Assembly: GCF_009914755.1 (NCBI RefSeq) | Contig: NC_060926.1 | Length of the DNA stretch: 64,000 nucleotides | Direction: 5' to 3' (one strand) | DNA from: the human T2T-CHM13v2.0 reference genome, Homo sapiens | Shown: positions 16,234-30,400 of the stretch, one piece after another | Layout of the letters: every line of letters starts with the position of its first letter | Numbering within the stretch: position 1 is the stretch's first letter | The notes under the pieces: model-generated | Seen by the model: the letters and a program-made list of their open reading frames with translations, nothing else | What the model was told of the DNA's origin: nothing | Database searches by the model: none | Translations under genes and position numbers: made by a program

Positions 16234-18711
16234 AAGACATCATTTTCATACCCACTCCTAGTTCTTCATCAAGAAACATTTTTAGGTGTCTTGAGTTACA
16301 GAAAGTGTTAAAGAATCAATACACCATTTCTGCTTCTGAATTTTTAAAGCTTTGTATCCTAAAGCCTTAATTAGGGTCTGACATGAAAATGTGTCTGTTG
16401 CCTACTCAGAGAAGATATCTGGGCCTCTCAGCCAAATCCGAATAAAATCTTAGCAAATACGAGGTAAGTTCACTGTTTTGGAGAGGCCATTTTAGATTGA
16501 ACACACAAAAACTAGCACATAAAACCTGAATCAGTGAGAAATATATGTAAGAAATAGCCATGTTTTCCAATAACCACTAAAAGATTTTTTTTTTCCCTAG
16601 ACCAGTGGACTGTTATTATATGAGAAACAAAGAGGTAGAATCTAAAAATGAGTTTCCTCAATGGTCATACCTATGTGCTATTCTATCAGGGTTCATATCC
16701 CATAATGGTATTTTTTTTCTGTCTCCTCAGTAAGTTTATCTTGTTTGCATTTACATTTTCCTCTACCCACTCAGTTGGCTTTGGCTTCTTATTTTGTAAC
16801 CTGAGATAAGTTCTAGGGGTAGGGGTGGAGGTGGTGGGAGCAGGTGGGGAGTTAGTGTCATTTTCTATTCTTTATAAATCTTTTCTGTGATTTGCGTTAC
16901 CTCTCTCTAGCGTACGTGAATTCTCTAGCCTCCATGTGAATGAACACTCGCAAACTATGCCATCCCCCTCTCCAGTCCTCACCACTTCATTATCAGAAAA
17001 CCAACTGAGACATTTGACTCTCTGATATGCTTGTAAGAGCCCCAGTGGCAGACAAGTGAATCCCAGGGCCCGGATCCTTCCTGACAAGGCCACATCATCT
17101 CACTGCTTAGAGTACTTTTAGAAAGGAGGTCCCTTCTGCCTCGCCGGCATAACCTCCCTTGCTTCTCCCAGAGGTGCAAGCTCTGACTGGTCTGCCTGAG
17201 GCAAAAATGGAAGTTAAAGGTGCTCGTTTAAGTAGAGAAACCAGTGGCGGGAGTCAGCTATGTACCTCTGTGGTCTGTCTGTCTGACGTGGAAGTTTTAT
17301 GGGGCTGGGGATGGAAATGGGAGTTCTTTACAGAGCAAAGAGTATGTGAGTGCCTTGATTTGATTCTGCTAACTGCAAGTTTACTATTTAAAATGCAATC
17401 CTCAATCCAGCTCAGTATTTGTTTCCTGTCAACAGCATGGACCCTAGGGTGAGATTGCTTATGTTCAAATTCCAGGATTTTATCATTGCTGTTTTTATGA
17501 GTTTTACTTCTATGAACTCTGGAGAAAACAAAACCACTAAACACTTGCTACGGCCCCTCACCCTAACCACATTCACCTCAGGCCATCGCTGGGTCCTTCG
17601 TCACCCCTTTCACTTCATTCCCCAGCTTTTAAAAAGTTATCTCAGCACTTTCAAAATCCTGCAGTTTGTCTCTGCCACCACCAGTTTGAGGAGTTCTTGG
17701 TTCCTGTTGCCTCTATCCTTGTTCAAGCCCAGGTGAGGACAGAGGGGCAGAAATGCTATGCCCTGACTCCCAGTTCTAGGCTGGGCAGCTGGGAGGAGAG
17801 CCAGCTTTCCCGAATCCCAGGGGCAGAGGGCGCCAAGTTCCCTCGACGCATCTTCCCTCCAAGTCTTACATGGCACCATCTTGACCAGAAGCATGGCCTG
17901 CAGTCCTGAGGAGAGAAGTCAAGGCTATTTTCCAGGCCCAACCTGCAAGTACCTGTTCACACTGGCCTGGACCTGAGAGAGGCCCCACAGAGAGGAGAGC
18001 AGAGAGGGCCACTCACAGAAGGGTGGTGGTGCGGTCTCCCCACCAGCCCCAGGCTTGTCCCTCCTGCTCTACTCTCTCCAGTGCACACCCATGAGGGCAG
18101 CCGGGCAGATGGCAGAGGCCACGGGCTAGGTCCTCCCTTAGTCATCCCTGCCAGACCTGACCTGGGTCTCCCCCACCAGCTTGGCCAGCCCTATGATGGC
18201 GAAGGAAGGGTCAGGCTCCAGCCTGGCAGGAGCAGCTTGGCTCGGTGTGTAGGCCTCGCTCCCTCATGGCCCGCTTCATCTGTAGACCAAAGGCTGGTCC
18301 AATTTGTTCTCAAACTGAGTGAAAGAAATTTTCAAGTTTATGGGTTTCTCTTCTGATGGAGGCCAGAGACTCTCACCCACTTTTTCTTTCCTTCTGACCT
18401 GGTAACTGGGAAGTAAAAAACACAAATTTCTAAGTGTCTCCTCTGCCTAGATCACATCAAGAACTGACGCCATCCCCTCAGTGTGGAACCCAGGGGTCTC
18501 CTAAGGATGATTCCAGCACTAGGTTGATAGAAGTTTAAAGCTGGGGAAGGAAGAGCACAAGAAAATTACATAACTTAAGTGAAGAACTAGGCCTAAAAGT
18601 GGAACCTTGCATTTGAGCATAATTATTTAGCATGGTGTGCCTGAAATATGTAGAACTGAATAATTTGTTTTATGTAAGTATAATCAATTTGTATACATTA
18701 AAATTGATACT

Positions 18712-19012
<301 letters not shown>

Positions 19013-20048
19013 TGATACTTATCAGAAAAATCAATTAATATAGGTATACTTACATTCTATGATTGTCAGGATGTACCAACTCCAATCCCATTAATCATAC
19101 TAGCATGAAGAAAAATTACATTTCTGGGCCACTGGGTTTGTATATAACCTTAGCTAATTTAAGCCTGGATAAAAATAAGAATGCTTGATTCATTTAAAAT
19201 CTGAGATTCTGGGATAGATTTTTGTGTAACTTAAACTTCTCAACTCTTCTGCAATCTAGGTTTATTTTTTACTATAATGTACCTTCAAAGAGCTAAGTCT
19301 CAGTTTATAGATTGTTAGTTTTTTAAGTTCCACTCTCTTTCGTTGTACTGCTGAACTCTGGGCCTCTGTGTCCTCATCTGTAATGTGGAGTCAAAATTAT
19401 CACTAAGGTCCCTTCAAGCATGAATTTCGCATTGACTAATCCGTTGTAGAACACAAGGAAAATAATGGTTCTTTTGTAGTTCTCTTGGGACTTTTACTAT
19501 TGCTAGAAATCATGCTGGGCAGATGCAGGCATCACATGGACTGTGCGGGGAAGTGTAACTCAATAATGGCCATGTTTTGAGGCAGTGGTATTCAATGCTT
19601 TAAAGAGTGAGAAAATGGCCTTTAGAGATACTTTGTTTGAAAGAGAAACACGCTTGGAAAATGTTCTTGAGTATTTCTGTATGGAAAAGTATAAAATGGA
19701 TATGTCCTTTAAATGTTTAAGTACTTCCAACACTTTTGCTCTGCATACTCATGGTGCAAACGAGGTGGGAAGGGCGGAATCCCTGGCCTAGCTCTGCGAG
19801 AGTGGGGTTTCAGGTCAAAGCAGGTCTGGCAGCTCTGCCCGGCCCAAGCGCAGAACCCTTAGCTGGGAAGGCCGCGGCCAGGCTGCGGGGCCCCCTGCAG
19901 GCGGGCTCAGTGCCCCGGCCCAGCACCTGTTGTCCCAAGGCAGGCCCCGCGGGGGAGAGGCCTTGGAGGGCAGCGCCCCCTCTCACCAGGGCGGAGCTCA
20001 GGAGAGTTCGCAGCCCAGGGGGCCGAGACCAGGGGCAGGGCCAGCGAA

Positions 20049-20120
20049 ATGCCTCGCTGGCTCTTACTTTCATTGACCTCTGCGATGCCTCGCTGGCTTC
20101 TGCTTTCATTGACCTTTGCG
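20049..20120. repeat. Imperfect 36-bp tandem duplication
   Basis: atgcctcgctggctcttactttcattgacctctgcg followed by atgcctcgctggcttctgctttcattgacctttgcg. Confidence 0.95.
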
Positions 20121-20449
20121 GGTCTGTTCCCGCTGCGGCGCCGGCAGCTGCTTGGTAGTTGCGGGGGGCGTGAGGGCGGTGGCCCAGACCAACCGGCTGG
20201 CAGCCCAGCTCCGCTCCGCCCGCCCCTGCCTCGGACCCTGCGCCTGAGGAAGTATCGAGGCAACCCTCTGCCACCCGAAGTTCGTGGGTCGCTCCCAGAG
20301 GGCGCGCCCTGGAGCCGAGCGCCCTTGGGCGGCCATCTGGAGGCCAGGTGCGGGCCGCGAACCCGCGAGGAGCGCGCGGCGGGCGCGGCGGCGACGGCAG
20401 GAGGAGGGGCCGGGAGCCCGGGCGCCGCCGAAGGACGCCCCGTCCTCCA

Positions 20450-20714
20450 CATGCTGCCACTTGGCTGAGCCGGGCGCCGGCGAGAAGGCGGCGCCGCTGC
20501 CCTGGCAGCTGGACTGCACTTTGCCCCCGCCCGGCCTCAGCTGCCGCCCGCCCAGACGCCAGCAAGCCCCCCTCCCACGACAGGGCTGCTCCGGGAGCTT
20601 CGGAGACCCGCCCCGGGCCTGAGCGCAGGCTGCCTCCGGGACCCCACGGCTGTCCGGACGTGCCATGGGCGCGCAGCTGCCGGGCAACGTGTTGTGTAAG
20701 TGAACATCTGGGAG
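20450..20714 (+). other. C2orf88: Non-coding first exon of C2orf88 (TSS approximate)
   Basis: Lies at the 3' edge of the CpG island; donor GAG|GTGGGT at 20714/20715; the pairing with the acceptor at 39286 is inferred. Confidence 0.65.
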
Positions 20715-22019
20715 GTGGGTGACTGGTGAAGGGCGGGTGTCTGTCGGTCTTTGCTTGTCAGCTGTGCCTTTTAGATTTTTCAATGGCAGAAACCCATGAG
20801 TTACAGGAGGCTTTAATTAAACGAGACCGTTCTCAGCCAGCTGCCGTGGATAGAGCCTCACATCTCCGTCCCCTAATCGAGAAGAGTTAGCCCCTACCCC
20901 TTCAATTTTGTTCTGGGCTTCCCAGTGAAAGGTATCTCATTATGAGTTGCAATTCCACCCTGCTGCCTACCTGAAGAGTGAGTGAAGATTTTCAGGTAAG
21001 AGATTTGCCCGTGAACATTGCATTGATATGCCAAGCTGTCAGGCTTGTGCTCTGAATGGCATATCATGAGCAAAGTATTAGCTCTCGTGCTCTTTGGAGC
21101 TGTGGGAGGCTGAATATTGAGGTGAAATGATGCAAATAAGAAATTAAGAGGAGTAGACGGGTAAGATCCTTTAGCCATGAGTTAAGGGGTCAAAGAAGCA
21201 AAGCGGAACAATTGGAGTTGTCTCTCTTGTCTCTGGTCTGACACCAGCCCTTCCCCTATCCTTTAGGGAATTAGGTTAACATAAAATTGTAAACTAGTAA
21301 ATGTTCTTATCAAAGACCATCTTTTTAGGATCTAGTGTATGTGGCAGCTCTCTCAGGGAAATTTTTAGATAAGAATTCGGAGGAATAGGGAATCTACTTT
21401 TATTATGACAAAGTATAAATCAAACCAAGATCAACAGTTGGCTATTCCTTTTTCCCTTTGGATGAGGCTGTTTTCAAACACCTAACATGGCTATCATAAA
21501 TAGATGGCAAATAACATTATTTAGGCATTCTGCTTTCAAGCAGAATGGTCTGGAAGAATAATTTCAGTTTTTAATTTTGTTTTGCCATTAAACAAAAATT
21601 ATAATCATTACTTATTTAGGTCCACACAATGTTGTAACAAAAGGATGCTTTAAAATTGTAGACCAACCTCCAATCCATTTTATTATCTCCTCTGTAGCAC
21701 TCCTGACAGGCCAGCCACATTTTGATTGAACACTTCAGTGACAGGAAGCTCATTACATTTTGACGGGTTCCTCCTTTTCTGTTGTTAGCAAGGCCTTGTT
21801 TACGCTGAACTGACAATCACTTAGGAAGCAGTACCTGTTTCTCATTAGTCCTACCTGGCCAATAGCGCTCCAACTGTGAACTTAGAAACAAGATTTTTCT
21901 GCAAAAAGGATCTGAAACTTTAGTCAGTCTGAAAAGGGTCCATGACCCAAAAATAGTTAAGAAATGAAAGGTCTAAAGTGATACAAAATAATATTTTTGT
22001 CTCCTTTGCTTGACAGCCT

Positions 22020-22165
22020 TTCAGATCCCTGAGCCTCAGTTTCTCATCTGTAAAATGGGAATAATATACTTTGTCTAACCCTAGGGTTACTGTGAGGATT
22101 AAATTAATAATATTAATAAAGTACTTAGTAGAGGTGCCTAGGAGTCAGTAAATGTTAGTTATCTT
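22020..22165 (+). mobile_element. MIR
   Basis: ctgagcctcagtttctcatctgtaaaatgggaataata core. Confidence 0.8.
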
Positions 22166-25100
22166 CAATAAATACTAGTTTTTATGTTTCCTTCCTTACC
22201 TAAGACCCCTCTCTGTGCTAAAGATCCTTAGCCCAAAATTGAATTCAATAAGTCAGTTTAACCCAAACAGTGCAGGGTGCAATGAGCTGCCATCTTCAAA
22301 TAAAATAATCTATTGCTTAATTGGCATTTGTAGTAAATACTCAGAAGTTGACTAAAAACCTCACCTCCATACCCCGTGTGCTTTGCTGTCAAGCAAAGGA
22401 GACAAAAATAAAGGTAGGCTTTATTAATTTTTAAATTATGCAGTTAAGCATTTCTTGAATCTGAATTTCTTTTTTCTCTTGGCTTGTATTACTTAAAGCC
22501 TCTGTATGGTTTGCAGTTTGTTAGATAGACGTTTTAATCTTATGTCATTCATCATGTTAATTCTACTTTTCAGTTTTGTGTCACCTACACATTTGCTGAG
22601 TTTATTCACCAGACATTCAAGTCACTGATAATAGATAGGACAAGTCCTTTTACTGTGACCGTGGTACCTCTAGAAACCTGTGGCACAGTAGGAATGGTCC
22701 TGGATTTTTGGAGGCTGGTTTTGGAGTCTGGCCCTGATACCTATTAGCTTTGTGACCTTGAGAAACTTCAGTATCAATAAAATGAGGTAACATCTGCCTT
22801 TCAGGGTGGTTGTTAAAATTCAAAGTATTGAAAGTGCCAAGTACGATAATGGCTGGAAATCTAGTTGGCCTTCAGTAGATTTTGCTTGAACTAATGAATT
22901 CGCTGGACTCAGCCCTTTCTTATCAAACTATTCTAGTCCATAGAGCAGTCTTCTCCATAAGGACATTATGAGAAAAATGTCTTGCTGAAAAGTAAAGATC
23001 TTGCATATTCCCTGATCTACCACAAAAGTAAATAACATTAGTTTAAAAATGAATGATTCTTAGCAAATTGTTAGTTCCTAGAAATCCGCAGTCTTTTCCT
23101 CCACCCCTCATTTTTCCTTGTTTAATGTTTAAGTTTCGAATTTTGCCAGAGATAGATGTCAAACTATTAGTCTGTAAAGTCTAGGAATTCTAATTCTTTC
23201 TTTTAATTTTGAATATTAAAAATAAAAACACTGGGGGAAAAAAGTTCTGTTTGAATCTCTAGTCTCTTGAGACTGCCCTTCTTCTCCATGTTTTTATAGA
23301 GGTTGTCAGAATAGTTCTGTGCTGACATCTGCAGGTTCTTTTGGTACCCTGGAATATAATTCACCAGAATGTGAAGGCATGGACTATTTTAAAATGACCT
23401 CTTCTGCTTGCACCTTAGTTCTCTCTTAGTGAGGTTTCCATACTTTCCAGCTTGAAAATCATTTGCTTTTAAGGGAGCAAAATGTTGCTGAGCAGTTTTG
23501 TTTTCTTTCTCATTAGAATACGCTATCTATCCTTGGATTTGAGAATTTTAAAATGAGCCTTTCTTACTATACTTTCCATATAGTAAGTATACTATGCACA
23601 ACATGCACTAAGTCGGTGGTTGAGAAGTAGAACCACTCATGGTGTTATAATGTTAAAAGTTTTGGCAGTAGTAAATAACTCTAATCAGTATCTCACATGG
23701 GAAGAGCCTTGTATTTTAAGAATGAATTTATTCCTTGTAAGTTAAAAGTTGTGAAATTAAGAGTGTTTCACAAGGGGCTGAAGGTAACATAAATTAGTGA
23801 AGCTGAATGGGAGGGAGTAACAGATATGTGACCCAAAGAGTGAATGCCTAGCTTAGAAATATTCTAATTCAGAACAGTTTCAACACTGCATTGGCCCAAC
23901 AAAACACTGGCCCAAACACTACTGCAAGTTTGTAGTCTTTGCATGTAAACAGCCTGCAAGAGGCAGAACTATGTAAATTTCACTGTGTTCTTCCCAACAT
24001 CTAACATACTATAGGCACATGGATAGTTGATAAATAGGAAAACTTTAGTAAGCATTCATTAATCGCCTTGATGTAGAGAACTGTTCTGTACAAAATAAAG
24101 AAAAAAATAACTCCTGCCCTTGAGGAATATCTAATCTCATTTGGGGAGACAGCATTTATAAATTAAAGACTAGACTTCAGTTCAAGAACAGAATTCTGAG
24201 GAAGGGCGGGAGGAGGACTAGGAAGTCTGCAATAAGGAGATACGGCTTCCCCTATCCTCAAAGATAGTACTTGGGTTTAAGTAAGGAACAGGGGAAAGGG
24301 TGCTGGGTGGAGATAAAGGCGAGGTGGTGTGTTTCAACTTAAAGGAGGACTAGGAGTAGGAAATGAGAATGGGTGAGCCAAGGAGACTCACTTGATGGGA
24401 GAGGAAATTTCCTTGTATTAGTGAGAAATTAAGTCCATTGGGTAAAAACAGGGCTTTAAAAAATGGTTACATTAAATGTACCTCTCTTCCCCCAAGACAC
24501 TGTACTGTTAGGCCACAGAAAATAGGAACCATACAGTAACTCTTTAGGTAAAGATGTGGAGTATATGGATCATGAAAGAACTATGAAACTTTAAATGGCA
24601 AAATTTTCTGAATTTCTTGGTCCTCTGACCTAGAGTCCTAGTGAATTTGAACACTGTTCTTCCATGTCTCTATACCAGAGTAATGATTCTTTTCAGTGCT
24701 CAAAATTACATATACTGCTGCCTAGAATTTAATTCAGTGCACAGCACTTAACACTCTTTTATTAATTTATGCCTCCTACTTGTTCTAAAATGAAGTGGTT
24801 TTACTACATAAAGACTAATAGAAATTGAATTTGTAGGGGAGGAAAAAAGCTGTCCTCTACCCTCTTAGGTTTGTGACCAAGGCCTGTGAATCAAACTGAT
24901 AAAAGAGTAATGGCATAAATAGAACAGATTTAAACACACGTATGCACAGGAGTTTGCAAAAGAAATGTGACTGGAGGAGGTGGTTAGAATTTGGGGCTTA
25001 TCTACCAACTTAACAAAATGATAAAGCGGGAAGAGGTTCTAGATCAGATTTTCTTTACTAGTTGGTCAGAGCTCCTTTTCATTTTTCTGTGAGGATTTAT

Positions 25101-25429
25101 ATTATGGTGCTGGAGGAATTGCTGCAGATTGAAGGTCAACATTCATGGCCATAAATAGGAGTGGCCAGATGAAGCCACCTGGTAGCCAGAGTGAAGCCCA
25201 GAAGGGCTTAGGGAAATACCTGCTTGTGTATGTGTGTGGTTTTTTTCCTCTACCTGGAGGACCTGGTAAATGAGATGAAGTATTGATACCTGGACTTAAG
25301 ACATCTATCGCCTGTTCAACAGTTAGTCTATCATCTAATTGTTCAAAATCCTAAATTACTGTTGTCATTCTTAGATTATAATTCTCTTTCCTCAATTATA
25401 ATCTGGAGATATAATACAACACTTAATAA

Positions 25430-25859
<430 letters not shown>

Positions 25860-26424
25860 TGAGGTAGAGCCCAGTTCACAGATAAAATCATACCATACCG
25901 CTTTATTCAGGTTTATTAGAATCTCAAACATTGTCTCATTTCTTAACAATGTTATTTTCTCTGCCTCTCTATTGAGAAATTTTGGCCCCAAGTGTGACCA
26001 CATGGAGTCATCCTGAGCCCATCCTGTCAGTGACCAGCTGTACAGTGTGTGTGCTCTAAGTGCCTAAGGATGAAACCGACTTCTCAGTTTCTAAGGTCCC
26101 TACAGTAGTGTTCTTTCGGTGACCTTCATACTGACCAAAGTCATATATACAGTATTTTGTAGCTTTTCCTTTTTGGTGAAAGACAAAGAACACTACATTT
26201 AAATTATGTCCATTTCTGTTTGCCTGTTTAACCAATGTCATTTGATCCTGTTGTGAATTTATAGTCCAAGTGAATGATTCTCAATACTCCCAGTACAAAG
26301 ACCTCCACTTACTGTCCAGTTTTCACGGAGCCCTACAAGAAAGTATATTCTTAGTATCCATTATTAGAGAACATATAATGACAAATATGTTACTAGGAAC
26401 TGAGATATATGTATTTTTTATAAA

Positions 26425-26678
26425 CTTATTTTTTATTTTTTTTGAGACTGAGTCTCACTCTATCGCCCAGGCTGGAGTGCAGTGGCGTGACCATGGCTCA
26501 CTGCAACTTCCGCCTCCCAGGTTCAAGTGATTCTTGTGCCTCTGTCTCCTGAGTAGCTGGAATTACAGGCACCTGCTACCATGCCCAGCTGATTTTTGTA
26601 TCTTTAGTAGAGATGGCATTTCACCATGTTGGCCAGGCTGGTCTTGAACTCCTGACCTCAGGTGATCTGCCCACCTCG
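26425..26678 (-). mobile_element. Alu lacking its 5' ~45 nt
   Basis: Reverse Alu stops at ...gcccacctcg. Confidence 0.88.
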
Positions 26679-27164
26679 AGTTATGTTTTAATGAATTGGT
26701 ATTTTTATTAATCACATCTACACTGAAATTTGAAAGACATTTTATATATATATGCATAAAACTTTTTCAAAGACCACAACATGGTTTTTTTATATATTTA
26801 CATTAATTCAGGGTGAGACCAATTTTAAGCAATAACTTGAGATATAAGGCATCTTAGAAACCTGTGTAAAGGCTTAAGAATATGACATAAAATGGGACAA
26901 TGGTAAAATAAACCATCCCTGTTAATCCAGTGTTTAAGATGGACTTCTGGGGAGTTAGCAGCCTATTCGTTTACACAGCAGATTTTAGAAGTTACTTTTT
27001 TTTTTTTTTTTTGCTGGTTTTGTGTTTGGGTCCAACTCATGTCCAAATTATGGCCTTTTTGTGATACCTTCCACTGGCATATTCCCAAGGAATTTACTCC
27101 TTTTGATGACACTGCACCCAGAATGGAGGAACACAGCTACAAAATGAACTATAAAGAAGGGCTA

Positions 27165-27450
27165 GGCAGGCATGGTGGCTCACACCTATCATCCCAGCAC
27201 TTTGAGAGGCCAAGGCAGAAGGATCACTTGACGCCAGGAGTTCACAACCAGCCTGGGCAATATGGCTGTCTCTACAAACAATATAAAAAATAACGTGGGC
27301 ATGGTGGCACGTGCCTATAGTCGCAGGTACTCAGGAGGCTGAAGCCAGAGAATAGTTTGAACCCAGGAGTTCAAGGCTGCTGTGAGCCACAACTGGCCAC
27401 TGTACTCCAGCCCAGGCGATGGACTGAGACCCTGGCTCTAGGAGAAAAAA
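27165..27450 (+). mobile_element. Alu (AluJ-like)
   Basis: Diverged dimeric Alu with 'ccaggagttcaaggctgc'. Confidence 0.85.
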
Positions 27451-30400
27451 GGTGGGTAGCTGCAGTAAATCACATTTTTTCTTTGACGGACCCAACAGAA
27501 GGCCCAGTTGTTGCTAGATCTCTTCCTGAGGATAGTGTCAGGGCTCATTCTATATTTTTAGAGCTTTGAGCCTTCAAATAACATTGAAACATGTAAAGGG
27601 GCTTTCTTTTCCTCATGTATGACTGTCATGTGTATATATGTGTCTGTGCATTGTGATTTGAGGGGTAGGAGACAGAGGGAGAGGGAGTGGTGGGTGGAAG
27701 GGCACTGTTAGATTTTAATACTTATAGCCTGAATAAATTATATTCTCTTTCTCCTTTTGATTTTGTTAATTTTGGAAGCACTTACATTCTATGGGCGCAG
27801 GTTCTAAACACATAGTAGACACTCAATATAGACTGGTTGGATGGTTAAGGGATGCTCTGATAGTTCTTTTGTGTATCTTGAGAACTAAGGTATAAAAGAT
27901 TGATTTAAATATTTTTGAGAAACTGTGTTTTTTAAACATTTTATATTTCTGTAATTAGCCAGTTAAAATGACAAGAAGGCCAAAACACTTCCTGGTTGAT
28001 ATGCAGCATTTAATGTATCACACCTTCAACTGATGACCATAGTCACTTCCCAACCTGACAAATGAATAACAGACTAAAAATTAATTCAGGACAGCTGATC
28101 ACACCTGCTATCTTAAGGCTAATCATAGCTGCCTAACCACTGACTTGCATTAATGGCTAACATTGTTGAAACTTTATTTCCTCCTTATGAATCAACTATC
28201 TTATTAGGAGTGATTGAAATTATACGAAGTTTGTTCTTCACTGGTGTGCAGGCTTATACTGTAATTGCCTTTTAAGTATTTAAAGTACTGTATTGTAACT
28301 GCCTTTTAAGTATTTAAAAGTATTTAAACAGCTGCTATTATGAACAGTAGATGCTTCACATGAACTTTTTTTTCCCTCTTGGCTCTTACTTTAAGGATGA
28401 TGCTTTTTTATTCATGATAAATCTTGAGGCTTCTGTGGGATGGAAACTATAGCATGAAAATCTGATTAACAAATATGTGGGGGCAGTTTACTAATCCATT
28501 CAATTAGGGCAACTGCACCTTCTCAGCATGCCATGAGCAATTCCATTAGATAGCTAGTTACTGGACCAGATGATTACCTAATTACATGAATATATCAGTG
28601 TCATTTTTCCCAACACAGGACTTGAAGGCCAGATTTGAGAACTAGTCCTGGGGTAGTAGTACCCAGAGACCTGTTTGGGAGACTGGGAAGGTCTGGGCCA
28701 TCACGTTCTTGCTGATAGCCCAGAGATCAGGTCAAGGACAGGGGCAATGAGAAGAAAGAAACAGAGACCCTGGGAAGGAGCTATCTTGGTCTTTACCGGC
28801 AAGAATTAACTTCAAAGATGGGACAGAGGTTCTATAAGTTCAAGAAAGGGAGAAAGTTAACACTTAAAAACATAGGCTGGATTGGATAAAGTACCGTTGG
28901 AGCACTTTTATTCCAAGAAGAAGCTGGAATTCGGAGTGACAGCTCCATTCTTATTTGCCATGTGAACTCTGGGTCAGCAAGTGGAAGAGCCAGACCTATC
29001 TGCCTGTTTCATCTATTAGATGGGAAGAGATGATAAACATAACATAAATTAGTAAGCAGATGTGATAAGTAACTGAAGAACAGTTGTTTTCTATCCTTAA
29101 TAGATACGGCTAAACCAGCTGAAGGTTAACAACATAAATATTTTAATATCTAGGTATTTTTGATGTCCTATACTCTAGAAATATGTGCAAATTAAAGTGT
29201 GGTGGGGATGAAGTATTACTAATCTATTTCCTTGGATAAGGTTATATATCCCTCTCTCTACTCTACCCTCCTTAGCTACAAGTTCAGGAACAACACAATA
29301 AAGGACAAAAGACTCTCACATCCAATTTCAAATTGGTTTCTCATTTATTGCCATCATTCTAAATCAAAGCACTCTACCTGTTCCCAAAGGAAGTGACAGA
29401 TAAAGCCCTTGAACTGGCAACTGGAAGAACTAGAAGTAGGCTTTTGCTCTTCGGTAGGCCCAGAAGATTATGACCACTGAGTTGGGCTGGTTTCAGGCCA
29501 ATGTAGAAAGGAAGCAGCAGGCCTCACACTGGAGTCCTCCAGCACAGGGAGCTGGTCCGCTCTGGATGCTGCCCATAGGCGGTCTTTTTCAGATAAAATA
29601 CATCAGTCCCCTGGATTTAGGTGCCCCAGAATGTTCTCAAAAACTGTTCTTATATCTTATTAAAGTAAAAATTACAGTGAAATACAGTAAACAGATGTTA
29701 AAGGTACAATCTAACATGTTTTAACATATACCTCATGTAACTAACATACCAATTAAGATATAGAATTTTTTAATAGCCTAGAAAGTTATTTCAGGGCCTC
29801 TTCCAAACAGTCCTTACTTCTTCCCACCCAAAGGGAATCACTACTATGATTTCTATTCATAGGGTCACTATTGTCCAATCTTGAAATTCATATAAATATG
29901 ATCCATCTTTTTTATCTGGCTCAACATGTCTGAGATTCATCCATGTGGTTTGACATACCAATAGTTCATCCTTTTTTAATTGTCAAGTTATATTCCATTT
30001 TGAGGATATCCCTAATTTGTTTATCCATTTGATTTGCCTACTGATGGACATTTGGGTTGTTTCCAGCTTTGACTATTGTGAATAAAGAGGCTATGGATAT
30101 TGGTATACAGATTTTTAAAATACCTGTGTTTCCATTTGTCTTAGATAAATATCTAGAAATGAAATGGCTGGTTCACAGGGTAAGTGTGTGGTTAACTTTT
30201 TAAGAAACAGCCAAGGAATTCTTTAAAATGGTTGTACCATTTTACATTCCTTCCAGCAATATATGCGTTGCATGTCCTCACCAACACTAAGCACTGGGGT
30301 TTTTTAAATTTTAGCAATCTTAGTGTGGGTAATTATATTGTGGTTTTAAAAAATACCTTTTTAAAATTTTTAACATACAGTAAAGCTGACTTCATTTTGG

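Larger units (their letters stand above)
19780..20720 (+). promoter_or_regulatory. C2orf88: CpG island / promoter of C2orf88
   Basis: Only strongly GC- and CpG-rich kilobase in the window; GC boxes (gggcgg/ccgccc); ends at a GAG|gtgggt splice donor. Confidence 0.85.

Noticed and set aside
19736-20783. Long overlapping ORFs (112-251 aa) on both strands of the CpG island
   Set aside because: Expected from stop-codon depletion in GC-rich DNA; low-complexity A/R/G/P content with no domain. Only the 20049 ORF was kept, as speculative.
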